Assembly (NCBI GenBank): GCA_950097015.1
Contig: CATNEN010000001.1
Span: 10,602,001 to 10,666,000 of the forward strand
DNA length: 64,000 bases
Direction of reading: 5' to 3'
Source: Macrostomum hystrix
Lineage: Eukaryota > Animalia > Platyhelminthes
Shown here: positions 48,175 to 60,134 of the stretch, piece after piece
Numbering within the stretch: position 1 is the stretch's first letter
How the letters are laid out: each line of letters opens with the position of its first letter
The notes under the pieces: model-generated
Databases searched by the model: none
Seen by the model: only the letters and a program-made list of their open reading frames with translations
What the model was told of the DNA's origin: nothing
Made by a program: the position numbers and the translations under genes

Positions 48175-49896
48175 TCACTCGTCATCCGCGTCATCGTTGT
48201 ACACGACTCCGGCGTACTTGGCCGCCTCGGTGGGCAGCCGGGACTCGAGCTTGGCGCGCCACTCCTCGGCCAGCTTTTTGATGTCGCCTCCAGAGCCGCC
48301 GTACTCAGCTGGGAGAATTCTGGCGGGGATCTCGGCCTGCAGAGACTCCTTTGAGCTCTTGTGGACTCGCACCAGCTCCTTGACCGACTTGCTCATGAAC
48401 ACCTTCAGCAGTTCGTAGAGTGCGTTGAACACCGTCGACGTGTTAAAGTAGTTGACGTGCTTCAGCCTGACGGGATAGGCATCCTGGATGGCCGACAGCT
48501 TCTTGGTGGCGTCCAGGCTCCAGTAGCTGAGGTGGCGCATCTCGAAGCCCTGAGGGCACGTTTTTCGCTTGTCTGTGCTAGCCGAACCAGCATGACATGC
48601 AATCCCATCCTATCACATCCCGTCCCATTCATCCCATCACATCCCATCCCATCCCATAACATCACATCCCATTCCATCCCATCACATCCCATAACATCAC
48701 ATCCCATTCCATCCCATCACATCCCATCCCAGTTATCCCATCCCATCCCATCACATCCCATCCCAGTTATCCCATCCCATCCCATTCCATCCCATCACAT
48801 CCCATCCCAGTTATCCCATCCCATCCCATCACATCCCATCCCATCACATCCCATCCCATCCCGTCCCATCCCATCCCATCACATCCCGTCCCATCCCATC
48901 CCATCACATCCCGTCCCATCCCATCCCATCACATCCCGTCCCATCCTATCCCATCCCATCCCATAACATCACATCCCATCCCATAACATCACATCCCATC
49001 CCATAACATCACATCCCTTCCCATAACATCACATCCCATCCCATAACATCACATCCCATCCCATAACATCATATCACATCCCGTCCCATCCCATCCCATT
49101 CCATCCCATTCATCACATTCCGTCCCATCCTATCCCATCCTATCCCATCCCATCCATCCCATCCCATCCCATCATTCACTCTATCAGTCACCGTGACACC
49201 ATCTCTGTTTCGTTAGTAAAGTCTGCAGCTCGGAATGCTAGTTGTCAGGGCAGGCTACCTTCCTTGGCCCAAAGACTGGGAACCCCTGCTGCCCGAAGTA
49301 CTGGGTACCGAAGAGGACTGCGGTTTCTGTCAACACTGGATTCCCCTGAGCGACACCGCAGCTCCTGTTGCCCGCGGTTGCTAGGGCTTAGCTGAGTCGG
49401 TGTCCTCTGCTGCTGGGTCACAGTGAGTCCAGGCCCTGAGCCAGGCGCTCACCTGAAAGTCCACCATGGTGACGAGTCCGGCGGACCTGGTAGCCGGGTC
49501 CGAGCACAGCACATCGTAGCACATGTTCATGTAGCGAGACATGTCCTCGAAGCTCACCCGATCCGGCTGCCACAGTCCGCTGCGGAACAGCACCACCACA
49601 GCTCCGCTATCGTCCTTGCCCAGCTCCACCACGTAGCCTGCAGTCAGGAGCTCCTGGATCGGCTCCGAGCTGACGTCCGGGTAGACGAACCAGTCCGCCG
49701 CTCCCTTCGACTTCGAGGCGCGGACCCGGCAGAAGTTCGTCAGCCGCCGCCTGGCAGCTTCTTCGTCGCCGGAGTCAGCCGAGGCGGCCACCTCGACGAA
49801 CTTTGCGAGGACCTCGTCGGACAGCGACAGGCCTTTGAGACTGTCCTGCGACTCGGCCCAGCACCTCAGGTCAGCGATGGCGGCTGCCGATGCCAT
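48175..49896 (-). CDS. CRAL-TRIO lipid-binding protein (alpha-tocopherol transfer protein/clavesin-like), copy A, 272 aa, 2 exons
   Basis: Exons 49896-49453 and 48549-48175 (cag|gtgagc ... ctcag|ggc). Motifs: DEVLAKF, AGYVVELGKDDSGAVVVLFRSGLW, GLVTMVDFQGFEMRH, QDAYPVRLKHVNYFN, RVH, ILPAEYGG. Confidence 0.92.
48600..49172. repeat. (ATCCC)n compound microsatellite in the CRAL-TRIO A intron
   Basis: Directly visible. Confidence 0.95.
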
Positions 49897-50732
49897 TGCT
49901 CCGTCTCTTAAGTTTGAGAAGAGGTTCTTTTTGAAAGGCGTGTTAAAATCGATCACGAATTCAGGCATTGTCCGGCAACTAAAGCTCCATTTTATATGCA
50001 TGACTTGCAGCCAGCGCCACAATACTGGTTAGTTCTGCGAGTACTCAACTGGCGCCCATTGGCCGACCGGCTTTTTTTAGCTGATTCCAATCCTCCTTTT
50101 GGACAGCTCTCACGTCCACACTTCTCTTGGGATGCCTGCCTCCTTGCTTTCACTCACTCTCTCCTTCTCCAAATGGTTGCAAAGTCAGGCTTTTCCTCAT
50201 TTCTTATTCCGATGGCGTCTGGCTAGTAAAAAAATTGCCAAGCTATTTGCTTCTTTCAGTGAAGTGCGACGGTCTTGCTGTCTGGCGTGGCAGCAGACGC
50301 TGATCAGAGAAAATGATATTCCGCATCTGGTTTTCAAAGCAGCTGTTGTGAGCAACATTTCTAGCAAATGCTTGCTTACAAAGACTGGTGCAAAATGAGT
50401 TCAGCTTTTTGCGCGCTGATTATCTACTCATGCGATTTCAGAGGCTAAACGGCTTCGCTTTTCATTGTATTTTCTGCTCATCATGGCTCGATTCCTGTAA
50501 TTGAGGATTAAAAAGTTTAGCCGCTAGTTTCGGGATATTAGAAGCATCTGTGCTAGTCGATAATTAAACTAATTGCCAACAATCGACTCATTTTCCAGTT
50601 GGAAACAGTTTAGCTGCTCAACAACACGATTCACAGTGACCGCACTTGGCAACACCGGCTCTGTGACCGCCCGCGCTTTACATTACTCTTGCACATTTGT
50701 TTGGTTGGGATAGAGTTCACAGTAAAAGTCCA

Positions 50733-51950
50733 AATCCCATCTATCTATCCAATTCTAAATCCCATTTATATCTATTCAATTCTAAATCCCATCTATATCT
50801 ATTCAATTCTAAATCCCATCTATATCTATTCAATTCTAAATCCCATTTATATCTATTCAATTCTAAATCCCATCTATATCTATTCAATTCTAAATCCCAT
50901 TTATATCTATCTAATTCTAAATCCCATCTATATGTATCAAATTCTAAACCCTATCTATATCTATTCAATTCTAAATCCCATTTATATCTATCTAATTCTA
51001 AATCCCATCTATATGTATCAAATTCTAAACCCTATCTATATCTATCCAATTCTAAATCCCATTTATAACAATCCAATTCTAAATCCTATCTATATCTATC
51101 CAATTCCACAAAGCCATGGATATCTATCCAATTCCACAAAGCCATGGATATCTATCCAATTTCACAAAGCCATGGATATCTATCCAATTCCACAAAGCCA
51201 TGGATATCTATCCAATTTCACAAAGCCATGGATATCTATCCAATTCCACAAAGCCATGGATATCTATCCAATTCCACAAAGCCATGGATTTCTATCCAAT
51301 TCCACAAAGCCATGGATATCTATCCAATTTCACAAAGCCATGGATATCTATCCAATTCCACAAAGCCATGGATATCTATCCAATTCCACAAAGCCATGGA
51401 TATCTATCCAATTTCACAAAGCCATGGATATCTATCCAATTCCACAAAGCCATGGATATCTATCCAATTCACAAAGCCATGGATATCTATCCAATTTCAC
51501 AAAGCCATGGATATCTATCCAATTCCACAAAGCCATGGATATCTATCCAATTCCACAAAGCCATGGATATCTATCCAATTCCACAAAGCCATGGATATCT
51601 ATCCAATTCCACAAAGCCATCGAGATCTATCCAATTCCACAAAGCCATAGATATTTATCCAATTCCACAAAGCCATCGAGATCTATCCAATTCCACAAAG
51701 CCATCGAGATCTATCCAATTCCACAAAGCCATCGAGATCTATCCAATTCCACAAAGCCATCTAGATCTATCCAATTCCACAAAGCCATTGAGATCTATCC
51801 AATTCCACAAAGCCATCGAGATCTATCCAATTCCACAAAGCCATCGAGATCTATCCAATTCCACAAAGCCATCTAGATCTATCCAATTCCACAAAGCCAT
51901 TGAGATCTATCCAATTCCACAAAGCCATCGAGATCTATCCAATTCTAAAT
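50733..51950. repeat. 27/28-bp satellite with three sequential subtypes
   Basis: CAATTCTAAATCCCATCTATATCTATT (to ~51100), then CCAATTCCACAAAGCCATGGATATCTAT (to ~51618), then CCAATTCCACAAAGCCATCGAGATCTAT. Confidence 0.96.
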
Positions 51951-52489
51951 CCTTCGCAACTATTTTCGTCTGACGAGACAGAGGAATAAATCTAATAAAA
52001 TAGCAGCTTTACTCTGAGATCGCATTTTTTCTACTCGTTAATATTTCGCTACACAAAATGGTGAGGATAAAATTATGCATAATTTAGTAAGGAAACGTTG
52101 ATGGCCTACATTGGAAGACATAAAAATATCATTTTGGATCCTGTCTAGTAATATCCTTCATCGCTTCCTCAATCCAATATTTTATGCTTCATGCATAAAA
52201 CGCCAATTTTATTGCATTATTCGAAGACACAGAATGCATATTTTATTTCTGTCATATGGTTGACACTTTATTACATTTCCTCTTTTAGTAGTAATTGAGT
52301 TCTCAAATAAATTATTTCTATTTAATTGCGCATCTCGGACACATCTGCGCTCACATGCTTCTCTACTTGCAGTAGTACAGAAGGCTTAGCAGTAGAAAAA
52401 CCGCGGGGGTATTTTAAATACCCCGTATTTTCCTTTTTCTGTGTCTCCTAAATCCCGAACACAGCCTAGCATTTTCTGCTCTATCCGAT

Positions 52490-52785
52490 TATTAGTAATA
52501 ATAATTACGGCTCGTAATAATGATTGATTACACCTGCCCAAATTGGGCCAGATGTGGCAGCCGACAGCACAGCCGGAGATAATGCGCGGCGCATCTGAAG
52601 GCTGCGTACAGCTGTTCAGTCCATGGACTGGGGGGACGCCACACCCGCCTTGAATTATCCCAGCTGATGCTGGTACCCATTGGTACCCATTTTACAGCTG
52701 GGTGGGCTGAAGCAATGCAGAGTTAAGTGTCTTGCTAAAGGACACAAATTGTTCCAGTGGAGTCAGGAATCGAACCCCCGACCTG
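52490..52785 (-). mobile_element. SINE family A nested in the HINE-like element
   Basis: Near-complete match to 33661-33935, including the B box (rc of ggaatcgaacccc) and the (TTA)n tail. Confidence 0.86.
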
Positions 52786-53029
52786 GTCGGCATGGTCGAG
52801 ATATTCAACGACTCTCGTCGGGTGTTTGGTGGCAAAAACCACCAAACTGGGAAAAAAATTCTGCTCACAAAGTTTCATCATGTAATCATGTCGGCTTTTG
52901 AACTTTTTGACTTTTGAAGCAGTATGGATTCGCCAATTAGGGTTTTACATAGCAATGTTAGTTGTCCATGTCACCAGGGTCTTCGAAAAAAGTCGCTGAA
53001 TATCACGACGATGCTGACATCAGACGTCA

Positions 53030-53260
53030 GATGGGATGGGATGGGTTGGGATGGGATGAGATGGGATGAGATGGGATGAGATGGGATGTGATGGGATGGG
53101 ATGGGATGGCTTGGGATGGGATGGGATGGGATGGGATGGGATGTGATGCGATGGGATGGGATGTGATGAGATGGGATGGGATGGGATGAGATGGGATGGG
53201 ATGGGATGGGATGGGATGAGATGGGATGGGATGGGATGGGATGGGATGGGATGTGATGGG
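53030..53260. repeat. (GGGAT)n microsatellite inside the dispersed element
   Basis: Directly visible. Confidence 0.95.
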
Positions 53261-53904
53261 CTTTGAAAGTTTGTTCATTGTAAAGAGCGGAAGATTTTGA
53301 TCGATATGTTGGACTTTCTCGAAAATCGGCCATTCGTTTTGGGAGCTATGGTGAAGTAGTCAGTGGGTGTTTGAAATAGCCCCGTGGTTTTTCCGCAGGG
53401 GGAAAATAGATTGTTTATATTATTCGTTATGCAGTTGTTTTCAACTATTAGTATAAACGATTTCCATGGTATCATGTGAGATTAATGAAGCAATCAATAA
53501 TCCATTATGCAAACCGTTGTCAGTATATTCTGCCAGTTTTTGTTATTCTTAGAAATTCTTGTTTTCCCATAGCTCAGTACTTATCCTGGCAGACTGTGCT
53601 GGGGTTATTCAGTTCACTGGCTGTTGTGCTGCTAATCCCAATTAGACAAACGGGAAGTAATGAATTGCGGAATTTCGGTTCTGGCAATTGCTTGCACTTA
53701 TGTGAGTTTATTATCCGAAATATGCTTTTGCGCTGTGAATGCACGAAGTGGATAGTTTATCTGCGCAGTGGCGAAGCCAAAAACAGTCTCATCGATCTAT
53801 AAGTTCATTGCGACAGCCTTAGTTGAACATTCTTTGGAAAGTATTAAAGTATTTATACCTGTACATTGGGCTCATTTACCAGTTACATTACTCACCTCAG
53901 TCAC

Positions 53905-54885
53905 TGGGATGGGGTGGGATGGAATGGGATGGGATAGAATGGGATGCGATGGGATGGGATGGGATGGGATGGGATGGGATGGGATGGGATGGAATGGGAT
54001 GGAATGGGATGCGATGGGATGGGATGGAATGGGATGGGTTGGGTTGGGATGGGATGGGATGGGATGGAATGGGATGCGATGGGATGGGATGGAATGGGAT
54101 GGGTTGGGTTGGGATGGGATGGGATGGGATGGGATGTAATGGGATGTGATGGGATGTGATGGGATGGGTTGGGATGGGATGGGATGGGATGGGATGGGAT
54201 GGGATGGGATGGGATGGGATAACTGGGATGGGATGGGATAACTGGGATGGGATGTGATGGGATGGGACGGGATGTGATGGGATGGGATAACTGGGATGGG
54301 ATGTAATGGGATGGGATGGGATGAGATAGGATGGAATGGGATGGGTTGGGTTGGGTTGGGATGGGATGGGATGGGATGTGATGTGATGGGATGTAATGGG
54401 ATGTAATGGGATGTGATGGGATGGGATGGGATGGGTTGGGATGGGATGGGATGGGATGGGATGGGATGGGATGGGTTGGGATGGGATGGGACGGGATGTG
54501 ATGGGATGGGATAACTGGGATGGGATGTGATGGGATGGGATGGGATGGGATGGGACGGGATGTGATGGGATGGGATGTAATGGGATGTAATGGGATGTGA
54601 TGGGATGGGATGGGATGGGTTGGGATGGGATGGGATGGGATGTGATGTGATGGGATGTAATGGGATGTAATGGGATGTGATGGGATGGGATGGGATGGGT
54701 TGGGATGGGATGGGATGGGATGGGATGGGATGGGATGGGTTGGGATGGGATGGGACGGGATGTGATGGGATGGGATAACTGGGATGGGATGTGATGGGAT
54801 GGGATGGGATAACTGGGATGGGATGTGATGGGATGGAATGGGATGTGATGGTATGGGATGGGATGGGATGTGACGGGATATGATG
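53905..54885. repeat. (GGGAT)n compound microsatellite, ~1 kb
   Basis: Directly visible, with gtgat, gtaat and aactg interruptions. Confidence 0.96.
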
Positions 54886-55258
54886 TCCAAAAAGTCTCCG
54901 TGGACTGCACTAGTAAAAAGTGTATATTTAACAGAAGTACATTTGCGGGCTACTTCGAATGTTTCAATTCGGGTTGGCTGCTATTCCAGTGCTCTATAGA
55001 TCATGAAAGAATGTTTAAAAATGTATCGCTAGACTGCGGGTGTTTCGTTAAGCCGAGCCATAAATCTTAGTTTCGCGGCAGCATGTAGCTGCATTAGCAT
55101 TAGCAGTCGTCGCCAATCTAGATACAGCAGTGTGGCACCAAGTCTAGAAAGCTAATTTGCGAACCAGGCAGCAAACTTCAAGTTTTTCGGAGCGAAAATA
55201 AGGCGGAACAGGGGTTGGATGCGCGCGCAACACTGCTGTTGATATTTCCTAGCCGAAA

Positions 55259-55305
55259 CCAATGGCAACCTTTGGGAGGGCACACCAGCCAACCGATTTA
55301 TAAGA
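55259..55305 (+). promoter_or_regulatory. Putative CCAAT plus TATA-like core promoter of CRAL-TRIO copy B
   Basis: ccaat at 55259 and tttataag at ~55297, 75-115 nt upstream of the ATG. Copy A has the same arrangement on the minus strand (ccaat ~50058-50062, tataaaa ~49990-49996). Confidence 0.45.
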
Positions 55306-55375
55306 CAGACAGCCGGATCATTTGCTTTTAGAAGAGCGACTCCTTGCTTTAAACATTATCCTAACACATAGAGCA

Positions 55376-57122
55376 ATGTCATCGGCAGCCGCCATCGCTG
55401 ACCTGAGGTGCTGGGCCGAGTCGCAGGACAGTCTCAAAGGCCTGTCGCTGTGCGACGAGGTCCTCGCAAAGTTCGTCGAGGTGGCCGCCTCGGCTGACTC
55501 CGGCGACGAAGAAGCTGCCAGGCGGCGGCTGACGAACTTCTGCCGGGTCCGCGCCTCGAAGTCGAAGGGAGCGGCGGACTGGTTCGTCTACCCGGACGTC
55601 AGCTCGGAGCCGATCCAGGAGCTCCTGACTGCAGGCTACGTGGTGGAGCTGGGCAAGGACGATAGCGGAGCTGTGGTGGTGCTGTTCCGCAGCGGACTGT
55701 GGCAGCCGGATCGGGTGAGCTTCGAGGACATGTCTCGCTACATGAACATGTGCTACGATGTGCTGTGCTCGGACCCGGCTACCAGGTCCGCCGGACTCGT
55801 CACCATGGTGGACTTTCAGGTGAGCGCCTGGCTCAGGGCCTGGACTCACTGTGACCCAGCAGCAGAGGACACCGACTCAGCTAAGCCCTAGCAACCGCGG
55901 GCAACAGGAGCTGCGGTGTCGCTCAGGGGAATTTAGTGTTGACAGAAACCGCAGTTCTCTTCGGTACCTACTGGGCAGCAGGGGTTCCCAGTCTTTGGGC
56001 CAAGGAAGGTAGCCTGCCCTGACAACTAGCATTCCGAGCTGCAGACTTTACTAACGAAACAGAGATGGTGTCACGGTGACTGATAGAGTGAATGATGGGA
56101 TGGGGTGGGATGGATGGGATGGGATAGGATGGGATAGTATGGGACGGAATGTGATGAATGGGATGGAATGGGATGGGATGGGACGGGATGTGATATGATG
56201 TTATGGGAAGGGATGTGATGTTATGGGATGGGATGTGATGTTATGGGAAGGGATGTGATGTTATGGGATGGGATGGGATAGGATGGGACGGGATGTGATG
56301 GGATGGGATGGGATGGGATGTGATGGGATGGGATGTGATGGGATGGGATGTGATGGGATGGGATGGGATAACTGGGATGGGATGTGATGGGATGGAATGG
56401 GATGGGATGGGATAACTGGGATGGGATGTGATGGGATGGGATGGGATAACTGGGATGGGATGTGATGGGATGGAATGGGATGGGATGGGATAACTGGGAT
56501 GGGATGTGATGGGATGGGATGGGATAACTGGGATGGGATGTGATGGGATGGAATGGGATGGGATGGGATAACTGGGATGGGATGTGATGGGATGGGATGG
56601 GATAACTGGGATGGGATGTGATGGGATGGAATGGGATGTGATGTTATGGGATGGGATGGGATGTGATGGGATGAATGGGATGGGATGTGATGGAATGGGA
56701 TGGCATGTCATTCTGGTTCGGCTAGCACAGACCAGCGAACAACGTGCCCTCAGGGCTTCGAGATGCGCCACCTCAGCTACTGGAGCCTGGACGCCACCAA
56801 GAAGCTGTCGGCCATCCAGGATGCCTATCCCGTCAGGCTGAAGCACGTCAACTACTTTAACACGTCGACGGTGTTCAACGCACTCTACGAGCTGCTGAAG
56901 GTGTTCATGAGCAAGTCGGTCAAGGAGCTGGTGCGAGTCCACAAGAGCTCAAAGGAGTCTCTGCAGGCCGAGATCCCCGCCAGAATTCTCCCAGCTGAGT
57001 ACGGCGGCTCTGGAGGCGACATCAAAAAGCTGGCCGAGGAGTGGCGCGCCAAGCTCGAGTCCCGGCTGCCCGCCGAGGCGGCCAAGTACGCCGGAGTAGT
57101 GTACAACGATTCTAAGAAATGA
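55376..57122 (+). CDS. CRAL-TRIO lipid-binding protein, copy B, 270 aa, 2 exons
   Basis: Exons 55376-55819 and 56754-57122. Almost identical to copy A except A2S, S26C, one T/A change near the end and the C-terminal tail (NDSKK vs NDDADDE). Confidence 0.92.
56095..56703. repeat. (GGGAT)n compound microsatellite in the CRAL-TRIO B intron
   Basis: Directly visible. Inverted counterpart of 48600-49172. Confidence 0.95.
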
Positions 57123-57539
57123 AAAGTGCACTGGCTGCCTCCTAAGCAGCGAAGTTCTTCTGTTGTTATTCGGATGTCTCTGATTGAGGCGAGTTTAGGG
57201 TATCGGATAGTCGAGCTGAAACGTGACGACTAGTCTCCTGTTTGGTTGGAACTCAAGACTTGAGTCTGTTATCTCTGCTTTTCATTTGCGTCTAAAATGA
57301 ACAGACAACCCTTTAAACTTTCGAGACTTTGATGAGATAGAGATTGAGTGGTAGACGATCAGACGATACTTGTCTACCTAAAACGATAAGCTTGTTTCGT
57401 TCTAAAACTAAATATAGAAATCAATGTGACTACTCATAGTAATGTTGTAGTGGCTCCTTTTTGTTTAACTACACCTCACTAGAAACTAGTATAAAGAGTT
57501 CAGCAGTCTGCGGGTGAGACCATAGACATAAAGGAGTTT

Positions 57540-57930
57540 CTGTAGACAGGGGTGTCTACAGATTGACAGGTGTGCCTACTGTTTGACAGGGGTGTCTACA
57601 GATTGACAGGTGTGCCTACTGTTTGACAGGGGTGTCTACAGATTGACAGGGGTGTCTACTGTTTGACAGGGGTGTCTACAGATTGACAGGTGTGCCTACT
57701 GTTTGACAGGGGTGTCTACAGATTGACAGGGGTGTCTACTGTTTGACAGGGGTGTCTCCTGTTAAACAGGGGTGTCTACTGTTTGACAGGGGTGTCTCCT
57801 GTTAAACAGGGGTGTCTACTGTTTGACAGGGGTGTCTCCTGTGTGCCTACTGTTAGACAGGTGTGCCTACTGTTAGACAGGTGTGCCTACTGTTAGACAG
57901 GTTTGTCTGCTGTTAGACAGAGGTATCTAC
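57540..57930. repeat. 20-bp minisatellite (GACAGGGGTGTCTACTGTTT and variants)
   Basis: About 19 units. Confidence 0.93.
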
Positions 57931-58059
57931 TTGTTTGAGTATGCTTTGTAGTTCTATTTCGTTTTTGCACTAAATTGAGTCTTTGTTTCTAGTCCTTCAC
58001 GACTAGACAAAGCTTGCCAGATTCAAATATTATTCGTCAATTCTAGAATGCTAAAGCTG

Positions 58060-59520
58060 CTAGCCGCAGGTCTCCGAGACAGAAGCCAGCCTGAAGGACA
58101 CGAAGCCCTGGTCTCCAGTCCAGCTACCATTAGAAACGCAGCCGCCGAGGCAGAAGGAACCTCCGCCTCCGCCGTTGTGTCCGTAGTTCAGTCCGGCGCC
58201 TCCTCCGCTGAAGCCACCGCCTGCGCCAGGAGTTCCTCTGCCCGAGCTGCTCTGAAAACCGCCTCCTCCGCCGCCGCCGAAGCCGCCGTCGCTGGAGCTG
58301 CCACCTCCAGCAACGCCACCCGTCCAGCCGTCGGCCCGACTGCCGCCGCGCTCACCGTCCGAGGAGCTCCGCCTGGGGTTGACGGCCTTGCCCAGCCAGC
58401 CGGCACCGCAGCCACCGTGGCTGAGAGAGGCAGGAGTGGCGTTCGGGTTGTTGAACCCCGGCTGACCATCGGCACCCCCAAATCCCGAGAAAGCGCTGTT
58501 GGACCCGTAGCTGTCCGACCCGTTGACTCCAACTTCGCCCCACTTTCCTGTTTTAAAAAGGTGTTCACAATGAAGACTTCAAATTAGTCAAAAGTACTCG
58601 AGACTACTTTGGTTTGCTAGCGTTCTAAGGATGAGGATGAGTTCTAAGGACAGTAACACCAGCATTATCTGCTAACGATGCGAATTCGAGCGTATCTTAG
58701 TGCAAGGCTTTATTCGGATAAATTTGACAGTTGGTGGAAAATGCAAAAATTATTATTGACCAACCATTGCCGAAGTTGGAGGCACCGCCGCCTCCGCCCG
58801 CGGCCAACAGCAGCAGCAGGTCGGAGCTGCGGTACACGAAGCTGCCGCCGCCTCCGCCGCCTCCTCCTAATTGTGCGGAGGTCGAGCCGCCCATCTGGCC
58901 GACGACGACGGTCAGCCGGGTGCCGGCCGTCAGGTTCGCCCTGGCGCTCACCCGGGCACCCAGGCCTCCTGTTGTGTTCGTAAAGGTGTTGCCGCCACCC
59001 CTGGCTCCCGCAGCCTCGATCAGGTAGCAGCCGGTGGTGCCAATGACCACAGACTGCGTCGAGCCGTTTCGGCCTGTAGCGACACTGTCTGAAAGTAATG
59101 CGACATTGCGATTCGGTTTCGCTATTCAGAGAATCTTCAGGACTTTCTTCCTACCGATGGTCACTGACGGACCAACACGCCAGAGGCTGTCCTCGGCTCT
59201 CCACACCTTCGCACCGACTTCAAAACCCAGGACAATCAGCATCTTGACAATCAGAAGTCCAGACGCAACTGACGATGACAGAGCTTGTCCAGCAAGGATC
59301 AACTGGCAGGCGCGGTCGCGTTGCGCAACGGACACCGCGAAACAGCCGATCTTCTCGCACTCGAACAGGCAGGCCATCTTTGACTTGGCGGCCCTGACCA
59401 CCTGTGCGCCGCTGCTGTCCAGGGCTACCATCTGCGGCCCGTCCGTTGCGTAGTACTTCCGCTCAGCAATGCCTCCCAGTGCTGCCTGCGAGCTGACGGA
59501 GGCTGGAACGCGTTTGACGG
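58060..59520 (-). CDS. PAN/Apple-like plus ALK/LTK-type glycine-rich domain protein, with no TM segment or kinase (5' end unresolved)
   Basis: Phase-1 joined exons 59520-59155, 59088-58765 and 58547-58060. Cys cluster SKMACLFECEKIGCFAVSV..CQLI, then GCYLIEAAGARGG..GGLGARVSARANLTAGTRLTVVVGQMG..GGGGGGGGSFV..LLLAAGGGGGA..GGCGAGW..DGGFGGGGGG..GAGGGFSGGG..GGGGGSF..DQGFVSFRL..CG*. Confidence 0.85.
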
Positions 59521-59689
59521 CTAGAATGCAGCTCCGATTTGATTGGAAATATTCTTCTGTACACCTTACTGATTGCCACCCGCAACGTACTGAACAAATA
59601 GTAAAAGTCACAGAGAAACTGCTTTCACTTTCGGTAAAACTTTCACGCTGAAACAAGAAATCGGCATAAAAATTTTCAAAGCCAGCAGG

Positions 59690-60134
59690 CAACTGTCAGT
59701 GCCAACAATCAACTGTCAGTGCCAGCAATCAACTGTCAGTGCCAGCAATAAACTGTCAGTGCCAACAATCAACTGTCAGTACCAACAATTAACTGTCAGT
59801 GCCAGCAATCAACTGTCAGTGTCAGCAATCAACTGTCAGTGCCAGCAATCAACTGTCAGTGTCAGCAATCAACTGTCAGTGCCAACAATCAACTGTCAGT
59901 GCCATCAATCAACTGTCAGTGTCAGCAATCAACTGTCAGTGTCAGCAATCAACTGTCAGTGTCAGCAATCAACTGTCAGTGTCAGCAATCAACTGTCAGT
60001 GTCAGCAATCAACTGTCAGTGTCAGCAATCAACTCTCAGTGCCAGCAATCAACTGTCAGTGCCAGCAATCAACTGTCAGTGCCATCAATCAACTGTCAGT
60101 GCCAGCAATCAACTGTCAGTGCCATCAATCAACT
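59690..60134. repeat. 20-bp minisatellite (AACTGTCAGTGCCAGCAATC)
   Basis: About 22 units. Confidence 0.96.

Larger units (their letters stand above)
52393..53409 (+). mobile_element. Most complete copy of the Helentron/HINE- or MITE-like element, with a nested SINE and a (GGGAT)n expansion
   Basis: The 5' end tagaaaaaccgcgggggtattttaaataccccg is palindromic. The 3' end gtgtttgaaatagccccgtggtttttcc-gcaggg-ggaaaa is a subterminal inverted repeat plus hairpin. The body matches 10925-11645 and 12598-12832. Confidence 0.75.

Noticed and set aside
50689-54910. 285-395 aa ORFs (IYPIPQSHG.., SHPIP.., GWDGM..)
   Set aside because: They are satellite and (GGGAT)n translations with no coding signature.
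58048-59453. Ala/Pro-rich plus-strand ORFs
   Set aside because: They are antisense shadows of the glycine-rich gene on the minus strand.
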